Of a stretch of 53,181 nt of DNA, positions 36,611 through 50,836 are shown one piece after another. Each line of letters begins with the position of its first letter. Within the stretch, counting starts at the first letter, position 1. The position numbers were made by a program, and so were the translations under genes. Where the stretch lies: contig QPGO01000135.1 in the NCBI GenBank assembly GCA_008632985.1, positions 186,001-239,181 of the forward strand, read 5' to 3'. The notes under the pieces are model-generated. The model was not told the DNA's origin. It saw only the letters and a list, made by a program, of their open reading frames with translations, and made no database searches. The stretch comes from Psammoneis japonica (taxonomy: Eukaryota).

Positions 36611-36677
36611 TCCCACGCAATGCTCTTAGTCAACACTAATTCTACCGTAAAACAAACTGACTCTCTGTTCTGTCGCT

Positions 36678-36727
36678 CTACAGTGCAGTAGCTACTGTAG
36701 CTACAGTAGAGTACAGTACGGTAGAGA
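36678..36727. promoter_or_regulatory. CTACAGTAG/CTACTGTAG-type short repeat cluster upstream of the TLDc gene
   Basis: ctacagtgcagtagctactgtagctacagtagagtacagtacggtagag, ~70 bp upstream of the ATG. A regulatory role is inferred from position only. Confidence 0.35.
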
Positions 36728-36783
36728 GGAGAACTCGTACGCGACCATTTTTTTGTCAGCGCTAAGACTGTATATTTCATTAA

Positions 36784-37182
36784 GGGGGGTCACATGCTAC
36801 TTTTTTAGCTCGAATTTGGCCGAATGGCTCGTGATTTTCATGATTTTTCCTGAATTTCACCGTGCTTCACCGTGGCAATCCATGCCATGCCATCAGTCTG
36901 AGGGAGGTTGTCCGTCCTTCAACTCTCATCCATTTTGTGTTCGTTGTGTGTCAAAGGTCACAACATGTGCGCCAAACAATGTTTGAGGACGGACCACTGC
37001 ATTGTGAAGAAATGTTGAAATTGCCATCATCGTCGTGCTTCAATCACGGTGCCTCATGTTCTCATTTTCGTGCACGAATTGTGTGAGTGTGAACAATTTT
37101 TGTGTTCAAAAATGAGCACTGTGAATGACCTTGTTCAAATGCCATGAAAATTCCAGGACAACAAACACAGGGATGACCCCCC
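36784..37182. mobile_element. Putative MITE (~400 bp) with GGGGGGTCA TIR and TTAA/TTGA flanks
   Basis: TTAA|GGGGGGTCA ... TGACCCCCC|TTGA; the TIR is short. Confidence 0.5.
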
Positions 37183-38059
37183 TTGACATGTCATTGTTTG
37201 CAAGAGAGAAAAGTGCACATTGTCATGCATTCAATGCAGTCACATGAGCAAGGAGTGGCTGTTGCGTGCAAGTTACATTTTTTGTGCACGGAATTCTGAT
37301 AGATTCCAGCACGACAACCATTGCACTGGCAGGGTTCTTTGGTGGTCTTGTCAGTGTGGCATCAACAGCGTCTGAAGACATGTGGCCAGCATTCCATCTT
37401 GATCAGCAAAACAACCCAACTGAGTTGTGATCCCTCAATGTCTGCAAAGGCACAGACCAGCACCGCCCTTGCACCGGGACGCCTGGAGCTGACCTGGAAT
37501 GAAGGGAGACGAGATCCCTCAAGGCAGCCAATGATGGGTCACCGGCAAAGTTGTCATGTTTGTTCTCATGCCAAAGCAGCAGCATGCTTCTGAGCACAGC
37601 TTTTGCCACTTGCTGGCCAGCTTTGATGAGATCATGCTGAGCATGGCTTTGGCTTCTTTGCCAATCAGCTCGTCACACAACACACAACAAAAAAAGAGCA
37701 AAACAACAGCATTGCTCAAAGAAGCAGGGCTTGCGACACTTGTGCTTTTTCTCTCATTTAAGACTGGCCACGTGGAAAGTTGCTGACAGAGCTCAAAACA
37801 GCTCGAATTGTTGATTTTCAGGTGTGGACATCGATGGAAAGCTCTCGTCGTGCATTTTCCAGCCATGCATGCGTTGTTCATTAATTCTTTTCCCCAATGA
37901 ATGCAGGCCGGTAAAACATCTCAACAGTCAAAACAATTGGTCATAAATTGCATTTGCACATGAGGACCAATTGTTTGTTGCATGATTGTGCTCTGCACAC
38001 TTTTTCTCAATGAATGTTTTGGGAGCTTGAGAGCATGCGTTGGCACCTTTTTATGTGGA

Positions 38060-39000
38060 AAGTCTCATTTGTGGTTTGCCAGGTCTTGTTCTGGTGTCTT
38101 GGACAATTGTGATTTCACGCTGGCATCTGGAGTGTGAATGTCCACCACCATGTCTGTCCCTCTGTCCCAAAATCTCACAGCTGGAACATCTCCATGGTCA
38201 CCATCCTCGTTGGCATTTGTGTTGCCCGAGGAACTGTTGGAGTTGCTTCTGTTTCCCAAGATGCTGTGACCAGCAGGGTTGATGAGAGGCTTGCCGGCCA
38301 CATGAGCAGGAAGGCTTGCAAGCTGCTCCAATTGGGTCGCTTGGGTCATCACACACTCCACCCTGTCGTGAGATGACTGGACCCCCGTTCTTGCACTGAA
38401 GGGCATGATTGACAAAGAATTTGCAGCCGTGCCCATCACAAAGCTTGGGGAGGTCCAGCGGAGCATTGCCATGGTGCAGATGGAGCACATGTCACAGAGC
38501 TCTTGGTGTGTGAGAGTTCCATGACATTCAGCCCTGACAGGTGCACTGATGGCCATGCTCCAGTTTTGGTGCTGCACACTTGATGGCTCTGGCCTTGAGG
38601 TCAGGTGGAGTGCTGAGGATCATTTTGAGTGTCTCCTTGCACATTTTAACATTCTTGCTTCACTTTGCATGTGGTGTCCTTGTGGACTGCAGAGAAGAGA
38701 ACTGAGAGCAGTTGCAAAGTGGGTCAATCACATGTGAGCATGTGAGAGTGCTTGCTTCACAGTTTTGAGCCACAGACTCCATTGGACGAGCAATGGACAG
38801 TCCCAACAATTTTGTTTGGGAGGGTGGAAGGTGCCAGACTTGGGTCGTCATCAGCCAAGATCTCACAGACCAGTGCTGGAAGAAATTTGTGCCGCATCAC
38901 ATGCTCCACTTTTGCAAATGATTTGCCACAGTCCTTGACTGAGCAGGACCATCAGAGACCCACAGAAGGGGCCATTGGTCACAGGTCATTGAACCCCACC
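38060..39000 (-). mobile_element. 3' fragment of an RLE-type non-LTR retrotransposon (CRE-like): CCHC finger plus restriction-like endonuclease
   Basis: 'PLDLPKLCDGHGCKFFVNHALQCKNGGPVISR' and 'DHGDVPAVRFWDRGTDMVVDIH'; frameshifted. Confidence 0.75.
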
Positions 39001-39349
39001 ATCCCATGTCATGTGCATGCGTGCAAATGTTTGTTGACCCCCCTCCTGATTGAAATCAACATTTGCTTGTTGGGAGTGCAACATTTTCATTGGTTTTCAC
39101 CATCCTGATTGGTGCATTTTGCACTTGCTCCCAGACGTGTGCAATTTAATGTGCACTTGTTGACTTGAATGCCAACATGCCAAGTCACATGGCTGCATCA
39201 TTCCCTGAACTCTGAACAATTGCATTTCATTCCAACTGACAAATGTTCGTTTTCACATTGTGTGTGGCATTTTCGCCAAAAGCACTGAATTTCCGTCCTC
39301 ATGATGAATGTCAATCATTCAGCAGAATGCAGCTTTAGAAAATCTCCAA

Positions 39350-39710
39350 CTCGATTGTAATCCTGTTTGCAATTCGATTGCGGATCGCGATTGAAACGAT
39401 TGCAATCTGCTGATTGTTTGTCCAGTGCTGGTCACAAAGATTGCAATCATGTTCACGATCGATTGCAACCGATTCGTGCCTAAAATTTAGTCGTGAATCG
39501 GGATTTACAGCAAACACAGGACTAAAAATTGACCAAAACGTGGTGTCCATTCACGAAAAATGCATGGGGCACCCCTGCGTGGGGCGTGTGAGTTCCGCAT
39601 GGGGGCCAATGGCGATCACAATTGCAATCGATTGTTGCATGTGGCAAGCGTGCGTGCATTGCAATCTTTCGATTGCTGCGGAGCCACATGCAATCGATGG
39701 CTGCAATCCT
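39350..39710. repeat. Array of palindromic (C)GATTGYAATC(G) motifs around a central near-palindrome
   Basis: Copies near 39353, 39398, 39439, 39461, 39621, 39658 and 39689; tgcatggggcacccctgcgtg at 39561-39581. Confidence 0.6.
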
Positions 39711-41077
39711 TGAATGTTGGGAGAAAGTTAACAATTTTACAACGCTGCAATTTTCACCTTTTTCTGTTCCCCCTCCAAAACCCATCCTTGCCGTTAAATC
39801 ACAATGTTTTGTTTGCACTGTTTGGAAGACCAATCATGTGTGGGGTGTTTGTCCCTTCCACTTGTGATCTGCAGATCCAATCCCCTGTGTTTTTGGTGAA
39901 TCAGTGCACAACCGTGAAAGCAGCATGACAAGGAGTCCGCAGGATTCCATGTCCACTGTGCCGCGATCGCCCATGGTGGTTTGCCTCTCCAGCTTTTGCG
40001 ATCGTGCCCCACCTCAAAGTCATGCCCAAGCAAAAATGCGTCTCTCTTCTCCTTGCCCAGATTTGTTTTGAGGATGCCGAATGTAAAACCGGTGTCACGG
40101 CTTGCTTTGTCACGTCTCTGGACCTTGATGGTTCATTGCTTGATGTTTTGTCACCCTCCGATGTGGCAGCAAGCCTCTCTGATGGTGTCTTTGACATCAG
40201 TGACTCTCCAGCAGCCTTTGCAAATTTGCCCAAGGAGGATTTGAAGGGCTCTGTCGATCAAGAACAAGGCAATTCTGCATCCGGTGAGGCGGCATCAGTG
40301 TCCTCTGGGAAGGACAAGCCAGCCAGTGGATGCATTCTAGACATCGATGTCAACTCAGACGATGACTCCAATGGCAACGACTCGACCAGCCAAGGCAACT
40401 CACATGCCAGGATTGCGTTGGCATCCGGAGACCTTGATGGTTGTGCCAGTGATCTTTCTTTTTCTGACAAAAACAACAGAGATGATGATTCTCTCAACAG
40501 AAGTGATGGTTCTGTGCTGGATGACCAAGCCAAATCATGCACCAATGGTGTTGGGGGTGCCTGCACAACCAAGGCTTAACTAAAAAATCATTGAGACACA
40601 GCACCCCTGTTAGCACTTTCTTGAGACTTCCGAATGGACTCCCTCTGCTGATCTTGTGGCTCTCCCCTTTGTTTGTTACAACCACTGGAATTGAGCCTCC
40701 CATTTCTTCATGGAAGTGTTGTTGGTCAACCTTGTGGTTGCCCATTCTCTCTGGCATAAAGATGGCTTTCATTGTGTAAAAAAGTCGTGGCTGGTTGTGT
40801 TTTCATGGCAAAGGTGGGAGGCATGTTCTGGAGTGCCGCAAGCTGGCCAAATCCTTCTCCAATCTTTCCCGATTTGGTGGAAATCTCCATGCAATTATTG
40901 ATGATTTGTGCAAGATGACAGTGCGTGATTGACTTGGCAATGATCCCTGCTTCCTGTGGATCACCAGCTTCACACATTTTTTGTGCAATGCCTGAGCATT
41001 GCTGCTGACATGACTGTTGCTTTCTGCCTCATGTCGACAAAGAGAGGGGCAATTTTTTCCACTGGTCCACCATCATT

Positions 41078-41159
41078 GTTTCTGGCTGCAAAAAGAGGAA
41101 GCAGTTTGTGCTGTTTTGGTTTCTGGCTGCAAAAAGAGGAAGCAGTTTGTGCTGTTTTG
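41078..41159 (+). repeat. Perfect 41-bp tandem duplication
   Basis: gtttctggctgcaaaaagaggaagcagtttgtgctgttttg x2. Confidence 0.9.
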
Positions 41160-44100
41160 TAACAACGTTTTGACCCTGATGAACATGCAGCAGAGGTTGA
41201 AGGATGGAAAGGTTGCCAAGAAGAAGAAGATCCTCACCAAACATCTGGAATGTGTCAAGGCTTGTGCAGAGACTCATGCCTTGGCAAAAGGCATGGCACA
41301 AAAATGCCAAGAGTTGGTGGAACGTGAGCTCCACTCCACCTTCAAGTGTTCCTGCAAGAACACAAATTGGGTCAAGTTCTGCAACCTGGCAATTGTGTGA
41401 TCACATGTTCATGATCTCACACATCCATGCCTTTCCCGGGAAGCCAAGGCAAAGTTTGTCTCTTCTGCCAAGAGGAGGAAGGAGAGCAAGGAGTCCTCCA
41501 GTGTGTCGGCTGGTTCTCTGGCACCTACACCACCCACTTGGCCGATGCCCTGTGTGCTGCCAGTCCCTCCATCAGCACACTTGCCTCCCAGTTGCAACCG
41601 TTGGGTGACGACAATGTCAAGTCGTTTTCAGACAGTGAGCCATCGTCTGCAGGCGAGTTGTTGTTTCATGATGACCCCATTCCGAAGGACCCTGACACAG
41701 TTGCTGTTGATCCATCCTCAGGAGTTGCTTCTGCAGCATCTCCATCAAAGCCAAGCACATTGGCAAGCTCCACAACTTCCTTGTCAATCGGTGATTGGTT
41801 CCCATGAGGTTGTTGTTGCAGCTTTGCATCACCTGCAGATGTTGTGAGATGTGCTCCTTGCGTCTGTCAAGATGTGCTCCTCGCGTCTGTGTTTTTTATG
41901 ATCCAGATGACAATGATGAGGACAACGAGCAATCCACCAATCCTGAGTTGAGCTTGCATCATTCTCCAACTGACTGTTGCCCACTTGTCAATCTATGCCA
42001 TCATCTTCACTCCTTTGAGATGACGCAACCACTTCCTTCTGCTGCAACTCACAATCGAGAGCCAGTGGTTGTCCCCCAATGGCTCAAGGCATCCAGGATG
42101 ACACCACCATTTTGCCCTCTTCCTCACATCTCTGGCAGAAACACTTTGGATCTCTCCAAGTTGATGTCATCATGATTGCCCGTTTTGCACTTGAACATGG
42201 CTGTTCCAATGCCCTGCGTGATGAGAAAAACAAACACGACAAGAACAACAATGATGATGGGTTCAACCAGGAAGAGAAAAAGGATTGGATCAATTTTGGT
42301 GCCTGTGGTCAGTTGCACAAATTGCTTGATGACAGTGAGAAAGTCCCAACAAGTGGGTTTTGGAGTTTTCAAGAAAGAAAAAGATGTTGTCATTCGCAAT
42401 CAGATCAAGTCTGTGATTGCGGACATCTGTGATTCCATGCAGAGGTGCCATGATGAGCCAGAAGTGGAGCATTTTGGCAATCACCTTCAGTGCTGCAATG
42501 CATGGGATGGCACTCCACGATGGGCTTGGTTGCAAAGCAGCAAGGAATGAGCTTTGCATTGTCCATGTTAAGATTGTGCTTGATCATGTGAAGATTCGTC
42601 CAGATGATCAAAACCATGTTTGTTGCAGATGCACCAAGACAGGAGCTCTCCTCTGTGTTTTCATCCCAGACAAGTTCAGGAACGTTGTTTCGGTCAAGTT
42701 CCTCGCCAACAGCCGCTGACGTGTGGGTGAACATTTTGACAAGCATCCGACATTGTGACCATTGCAGACAATGATGCTGAAGCATGTCACCACCATAAAT
42801 CGCACCTGCAAGGAGTTCTCCTTGATGTGCAAGGGTCCTCATGGTCCACCTGGAGATTTGAACCACCATCATCCCCAGAACATGATTCTTGACAATCATT
42901 GCCCATGCAAGAAAAAGGCCCTCGACAAGGCTGGTTTGATTCTTGTAGATGGGTTGGAGTTTCCAACCTCTTGCATCCGGGATTTGTGGTTGTCCGTGGG
43001 GATCACAATCCTCTTTCTGCTTCGAGATGCACTTGGAATCCACAAAGTTGTGAAGATGGCAATCATGGCTTCTTGTCAAACCAGTTTCCACTGGTTTTTT
43101 CACATTGTGGCATTGAGTGCAAGGAAGAGTTGACTGAACCCAGTTCCGATCCCACCCTTGTCTGATGCCAACTTGCTGGGAAGCTGTTTGGCACTGCCGC
43201 CGGAAACATTGGAGTTGCTCCACATCGTCTGAACCCCAGCGGCTGTGACTTTGTCAAGACTTGCTGCAAAGTTTCCTCCGTCACTGGCCACAAGAGGAAA
43301 TCTGATGAATCCACCTGCATGAGAAGCAACAGAAAGCACATGTGCCACGTCTCTTTCTCCTTTTTTGGAGAAAGAAGTTCTTCCTGATGATTCTGACATT
43401 TAAGAAATTCTCAGAGATTGTGAATCCAACAATGATGATGCTGAAATGGATCTTGCGGGAGATGATGATCTTGGTCTTGACGGCCTCCAGATGTCAGGCA
43501 TCACAGATGAAATGGTGGGTGTGAATCTGGATTTGTTGAAATGGATTGACAAGCACACCGGAACTGCAGATTTCCATCATGCCATGCTGGAGAGGCAGTT
43601 CTGGCTTGCACTTTTAAGAAATTCCCAAGAGGAACTGACATCAACAAGTTCCGTTTAATTGTGGTTGTCCAAATGCCAGTCGGTGCCAGAATCATTGTTC
43701 ATCCCCATGCTGATTTGAGAAATCTTGTTTGTCCAGTTTCCAAACTTGACACTGCCAAGCAGTTGGAGCACTTGGACCCAAAGGATTGTGCAGCGTGTGC
43801 TGACTTGCTCATGGTCAAACATGGAACAAAGCGTCACAGTGGCGATGGCTGGAAAAAGGGATCGAGAAGGCATTGAAGGAGACTGATGGAGCGGCGATGG
43901 CCAGAGAAGAAATCCTTGAACTGGCATTAAAGACAGAGAAGCTTGCGCAGTTGAGGCCAACATGGCTTCTCCAACTGAAGATTGTGCGGAGGCTCTCATG
44001 GTGGCAGAGCATCGTTTCCAGTGACATTGGAAGAAAATGGTTTTGTGAGCCCACCACTGATGTAAGTCCACCACATTGTCTGCATGGCAGTTGCTCTAAA

Positions 44101-44289
44101 AGTTGCATTTCTCAATTCCCTCAGCACTTTCCCATCTCAACATCATTTCCATTATCCAATCATAAAAGATCTTTGCCCAGTCCAAGTGGGGTTTAATCAC
44201 CATCACTCGGTGTTCCCTCCTCTGCTTTTAATTGCGCAATTGGGGGGGACTGGGTCTTTGTGTTGCTTGGACATGCAACAGAGAATGCT

Positions 44290-47200
44290 GTGACACATGT
44301 CGAATGTACACTGACATCCCGCATTGACGGTCTTCTGGAGGATTGGAATTCTTGAACACAATGAGTGAACAATCTTGCATCCCCGAAACTGGACTCAGTC
44401 ACCCCTGTGGAGGCTGACTTGCAGTCAACAGAGTGAACGATTGCCTTGGCAACCTGACAGGAATCCTTGTAGAATCCAACGACACATGCAGGGTGTGGTT
44501 TGCCAGATGTGCATCGTCCATGTCAAAATGGACTTCCGCCCAGTCAAACCAGGGGCCCTCTTTGGAACAGCACTGTGGGCAAGCTCGGAGGTGGTCACCG
44601 TTGGCAAGTTTTACTTCTGTCCATGTGTCGAACCCAGGCCAGTCTGGCTCCAGTTCTTGGACAGCTTCAAAGGAAGCTCGGCATGGCGTGCCCATTTTCT
44701 CACCAGCCAGGATTTTGTTCCCATGTTCATCAAGTGCAGATGCATCATTGAAACAATTGCAACAGGAGACATTGTGTGGCATGCATTGGGTCACCTTGGA
44801 TTCTCCATCACCATTGGCAATGAAAGAGGCATCATCTGCAAGACCACCAACTGCTGGGATGTCTTCTGACTTTTGCATGGCAATCTCATCAAAGCCCCTT
44901 CCACACAGAAGGGCCTCGCAAATTCGTTCACATGTCTGTTGGAGGAAAGTGGCCTCACTGTCTTGCAATGGTGCTTCACAACACAATTCTCCATTGGGTG
45001 AGAGAACTGGCATGGATTTTGAACTTCCACACATCCTCCCCTTCACATGTTTCCTCTGTGACCAACAGATCCACCTTCTTCTTTGACACAGTTTTGCACA
45101 ACCTTGAGTCAACACATCTCTTGACATTTGAAAGCATTCCCGGATTTCTTTGTAGAAGACAATCACAGTGGTCCCTGATGATGGGACATGCAACAGAGTC
45201 TAGGATGTCACGGGGTGGGCAAAAATCATCCTTCTTGCTTGTGACAGTTTTCAAAATCTTCCACGATTTGACAAACAACTGATCTAGCTGAAAAACTCAT
45301 TGAAGTCATCCTCCAGCAAAAAAGCAAATCCGTGGAGCTTTGGGTGCTTGTTGACACACTGGATAATTTCCGATTTGCAATTAAAAGGATCTCTGGTGCT
45401 GTGGACCAAGGCAAAAAACATGTCCTTCCTGTTTTTGTCACATTCTTCCTTGGTGCAGGCTTCCTTTTGGGCCACCTCCTGAGCAGCCTTTCTTGCATTT
45501 TCCCTGTTGCGGCAGCCTCCCAATTGACTCTTTGTCACTTGTTGTTGCATCCATTGGCAGTGGTGGATGCATGAGATCTTTTGCTCCTGCTGCAACTCTT
45601 CATGTTGGAAGATGAACTGTTGTCAATTCCTCAGGAAACGTTGGAAGATGGCTTGTCGCTTGCCTTTGCCTTTTTGTTCTTGCTCTCCTTTGGTGGTTTG
45701 CACAGGGTGGCAAGTTTTGAGGCAGAGGGAAATGTTTCACACTTCTTCTTCTGTTGTTCATGTGCCTTTTCCATTGTCTCACATGGCTTGAGCAATTGCA
45801 TTGCTGCACACAGGCAGAACAGTGAACCCATTTTTTCAGAGTGGGTCTGGAGAGTCATTCTGCTAAAGCCAGAACTTAAGCAACCTCTTGGGCATTGTGC
45901 CAAGGCCATGGACCTGCAGCTTCCAACAACAGCTTTCAGTTCCATCTCAAAGTTTTCTTTCTCGGTCTTGGTCAGTCCAAAGTGTGAGACTTGCATGACA
46001 TTCTCCGCACCACCAGCTTCCCAGGAATGGAGGTGATTGTCAGCTGCAGTCGACACCGTCAAAGGCATTTTGCTGCAGGTGCATTGTGTGCAGATGGGAA
46101 AGAAGGCTGCTGCAAGCTTCTGTGGTTGTCTCTTGAGGCAACCATCCAATGGACTGTCCTTGCTGACTGCTGCAGTGGAGCCGGTGTGTCCAAGCATGAG
46201 CTTGTTAAGATGGGACACAATCTTCACATTGATTGGAGAACACAAAAGGCCTGGCTCATTGGTTGGACGGGAAGTGTTTGTAACATCATTGGCAGAACAC
46301 ATGTAGAAGCACTGCACTCGACCATCACCACCCCCATTGGTTGCTTTCCATCCACAGACAAAGTCTTGTGACTTCTGGTCCCAAAATGTCAGCCCTTGTA
46401 CAAGGAGGATGGGCATGAGCTGGGGAACACCACCCAAGTTTAAACCATCATGAGGGGGGGCTCAGCCTGCAAGGCCTTCAAATCATCCAAGAGAAAAGAC
46501 AACATGTCATGGCAAGCCTCCATGTTTGAAGCAGAAGACTCACCCGCTTGTTGTTGCAGTGAATCATCTTTGTTCACATTGCCATTCTCATCAAGTGTGC
46601 CACTTGCCCCCCCCCCCTTGTTTGCACTCAGCATGAACCCCAGGTGATGCCAAGCACAATCATGCTCCCACACATGCCTCTTGGCAAGAAGAGTGCAAAA
46701 CCACCAGGGTTCGAGGTGATGCCTTTGACAGGCATCAGTCCCTGTCTGATTGGCGTGCAAGCTGATTGGCAAGAGCAAGTCTTTCTCACAGTCAAAGTCC
46801 TCAGGGAGGTCATCACATGTGTTGGAGCACCATTTGTTGGACATGATCTTGCCAAGATCATGCTCATCAACAGGAACAAACTTGTGGAAATGTGCCTGCA
46901 TGGACTTGCTCACATCAAGATTGTGCTGGTCATCAAACATCGAGTGGGCGAGCAAATCACTCAACATGTCCTGCATGCAGAAGCAAGTGACTTTTCCATC
47001 CACCAATGATGTGAGTGTCGGGCTGGAGCAGGAAAACCTTCTTACAGAGATTTTTTGCCAACAAATCCCACCCAAGACACTGGGAACAATTGAATTTCCA
47101 CTTCTTGCAAAATGGTGGTGACAGGGCAAGCAACTGCCCACAAAATTGATGAGTGGCACCGGAATTGTCACACAGCACAATCAGCTCCAATGAAGCTTCC

Positions 47201-47631
47201 TCTGCAATTGAAAAGGTTGGTGGATCAGGTGCCTTGGTGTCCAAGGGATCTGATTTGGCAGTGGTGGGTGGGACGGTGGGCAGATCTGGGGGCAAGGTGG
47301 ATTCTTCAGAAGACTCATCCAGAGAAGAGGACAAAGAAGCAACAAGAGCACCAGGGAACATTGTGCAAGAAGAGGAGTTGTTGTCATGTTCATCGTCCTC
47401 CTCCTCCTCTTCCTCCTCCTCTGCTTCTTCATCGGGAGGGGGGGGTGTGGGCTCCGAGTCTTCTTCGGGTGGGAAACTGGGTGGGTCATCATCTCCATTG
47501 AAGCAAGTGCTGGGATTTGCTGATTCATCTTTTTCAGAGGCAGCAACAGATGACTGACAAGCAATTTGCTGTTCTTGGAAAAACAAAATGGTGGCTTGCA
47601 ACAACTGGCTCATTTCAGTTGTGGCAGACAC
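44290..47631 (-). pseudogene. Plavaka-type (CACTA/CMC-related) transposase, decayed
   Basis: Acidic N-terminus; 'LLLPISLHANQTGTD...LEPWWF...WHHLGFM', 'CHDMLSFLLDDLKALQ', 'WDQKSQDFVCG'; C-terminal 'LRACPQC...PWFDWAEV'; several stops and frameshifts. Confidence 0.7.
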
Positions 47632-48149
47632 ACTGGGACGGGCTGCATTTTGCCTGCATTGGCGGTGTCAGTGGCAAAAAGGCATGCCAAGCAAAGAGTC
47701 CAATTAGAAAAGGCAGGCTGTGGAAGTGGGGTGAAGCAATTTGATGCTTGTTCACAACCATTTGTTGGCAAGCAGATGTCTGATTGATCATTGAATCAAA
47801 TTGTTGAGTGGAGACTGGGTTTTGTTTTTGAATGAGACTCAATTGGCATGCTGGCAACAGCCATTAGAGAGTTGGCCATAAAGAGACATTGCACATCATG
47901 GCACACACACATTCAGACATTGAAGATGCAAAGATTTGAATTGGATGGAGGATCCATTTAGATTGGAATGCAGATGCACAGCCAAAATAAAAAATGTGGG
48001 GGAAACACCCTTTTCAGGCAGGCAAAAAATGTGAAGAAGGGAAAAAGACAACCGTTGCATGCACATCATCCACAAGACTCAACCACATCTGTCACCTCAC
48101 TTCTGTGTACTTCAGCACACACTGGAAAAATCACTGCAGCAGCAGCGGA

Positions 48150-49547
48150 GGACAATGGTCATTGTGGAGCTGCAGATGAGTTCTGCTGAATGGATGGTGG
48201 ATCAAGCCAAGGTCATGAAGGACATGGCAAAGGTGAGAGAATGTGTCAAGGAAACATTGTTCCTTGGTGTCACATTCATGTTCAACAACAAGGAAATGGA
48301 GAAAATGGGAATGCTCCACAGAGATTGTAAACAGAATTGTGGCCCCAAGATGATGGACAGGATGCTGCAGGAACCACCCCAAGCCAGAGCAAAAATGCAC
48401 CTGCGCTTCCTGTGGCTCATGATGAAACAAAAAAAGATGCATCAGGAGTGGCTGGCAATGAAGAGGTCAAATGCATGCCAGGCACAGCAGGAAAAGTTCC
48501 ACAGTGAGTGTAAATGGAGGATGCAACAAGAGCAGCCCCATTGTGCTGTTGCCAACAGTGTTGTCTCTTGCTTTCCCTGCCAAAAATGAAGCTCTTTGTG
48601 CATGCTGCAATGACAACAATTGGATCTTGCCATCCATGGAAAGATTCCAAGATCACTTGGGCAACCCAGCTTTGCAGATGGCATTCTACGACTGCATGCT
48701 GTGTCCGATTGTTGGAGACACATGCTGGAAAGAGTGCATTTCCAAGGACAAGAGGATGAGCACAGCATGTGCTGAGGCGTTTGCTGCCCACATGCTCCTC
48801 AAGAACAACTGCAATGCATGGTGTGCCAGCTGCAAGAGCCAAAACAAGGATGGGACTTTGATGTCAGATTACGACATGGAGTTGGTTGATGATGGAGGCC
48901 TGACGGACTAAGAGGGAAGCAACGACTTGTGCAAGACCATCATGCCAGACCTTGTGACAGCCCAGGAGAAAGATGACCAGGACAAGAGTGTGTTTGTGCT
49001 GCTCCAGAAAGATCCACAAGAGCCATCGGAGGAAGGTGCATCTGTGCAAGAACTAAAACAGAAGTTCAAGGACACAAGGGAAGAGTCCATCACAAAATGG
49101 GATGTGATGGTCAAGAAGATCAGAGACAAACCAAAGATTGCAGCACAAGTCATGGCTCTGACCAAGGTTGCAAAAGTGCTCGTGGACATCCAAAACAATG
49201 CAGATGCATCCAGCAAGAAGAGAAAGGTTGTCAGGACACTCAAGCATTTCACAGTGGCAAAGCCAAAAGACACAGACGGAAATGCGGGACCAAGGGGGAA
49301 GTGCAAGACACCAAAGAAGAGCAAAGGGTGGTTGCCAAAGGCCAACAAGTTCTTTGTTGACATGGTCATGGAGATCAAGCAAGATGTTGCAAGCAGATGC
49401 CTTGGCCGGTGGGAAGAGCTCTACAAAGCTGTTGCAACTGAGCAAGATCAACAGGCTGCAGAAGAAACACAACACAGCTCGGATGATGAAGACAACCACC
49501 AGGTCAACTGTGCCAAAATCTGTGAACTGGAGTTGGCGGCAGTTTAG
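48150..49547 (+). pseudogene. Transposon accessory gene, divergent from the Plavaka-type transposase
   Basis: ORFs 48059..48589, 48471..48911 and 48927..49547; homologous motifs with 17276-18510; possible intron near 48509-48585. Confidence 0.6.
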
Positions 49548-50836
49548 TCAAGATTAACTCAGTGGCAACAACTTGCATTCACACTTGTTGACAATCGATT
49601 GCAGCAGAGACATGCAACAAATGGATGGGACAATGGAAATGACTGTTTGAACATGCAAGTCAACTGATTGACTTTGACAGCAAAGATTGAAAACGAATCC
49701 CAACACTGCATTTGGTCATCACCCAGTCGGCAATGACAAGCCAAGTGAAATCCCATAAAGCAACTTGTTTGGCATTGTAAACTGATTGAGTTGCAGCTCA
49801 CTCATTGGGATTGATGACTGTTTGTTGATGTCTCCAGACACTTGTTGGTTTGCATGGACATTTGTTCATTTTTGGTCACACCTGTTTGTGACAAACAGGT
49901 GTGATTCATGTTGAACAGCAATGATTCATTATAAAAAAATTTGTGTGCTGACACTCACACACACTGTCTGCAACATTGTTCATTGGTCCAACCACAAGAC
50001 AATTCATAGAAACGGCCCTCTGATGACTTCTGCAGACCAGCACAGGTGGTCTGTGGGTGATGAATTTGCTGTCTTGGTGAGTTCTTGGATGACTGAGGTT
50101 AATGACTTGGCTTTTCCTCCAACCAATGGTCACGTGCATCCATCTCACTGACAAAGCCTCCGAGGCAGGGGCCACCAGATTTGACAGTGAAGCCAAGGTC
50201 TCTGAAGCATGCCTTGGCATTCTCCAGGTTGCACTCTGGGACTGCTGGGATGTTCTTGGAGTTGTCAGCAGGGCAGTGCTTGCATTTTGGGATCTCTTAG
50301 ACCAATGGAAGAAGTCCTGGTCCAAAGTTCAGGCAATTCACCAAACTTGTGCAAATGATCTTCCTCTGGAATCCTCCCATTTGGGTGTGTCTCCTAAAGT
50401 GCCTCAAACATGGCATCTCAGTCAGAGATGTGCCCAGCTGCCCCCCCCCCCCCCTTGGGTTTCCTCATGGCACCATTCCATTGAATGTCTTGGCATGCTG
50501 CTCTGGCATCTCCTCTTTCTGATTGGTTTTTGATTGTTTTCAGGTTGCAGCTCAGTTGACTGAACTAACATCTTGTGCTTGTCTGCGTCCCAATCATCCA
50601 AGCACCTGGTGAGCAAGGTTCTAATGTCCCCAGCCCCTTTTTCATTTCAATCTTGCTGTGAAACACAGCTTGGTGCACCGTGAACCTTTCTGAGTTCTAT
50701 TTTCACATCTTGACTGCATGCAGCAACTCTGCCAATGCTGCAATGAACTGTTTTTCAATGGCACCATGTGGAACATTGTTTCATGGTGATTGATGGGGCA
50801 CTGGCCGGTGCCAACACTCTTGCCAAATTTTGCCGA

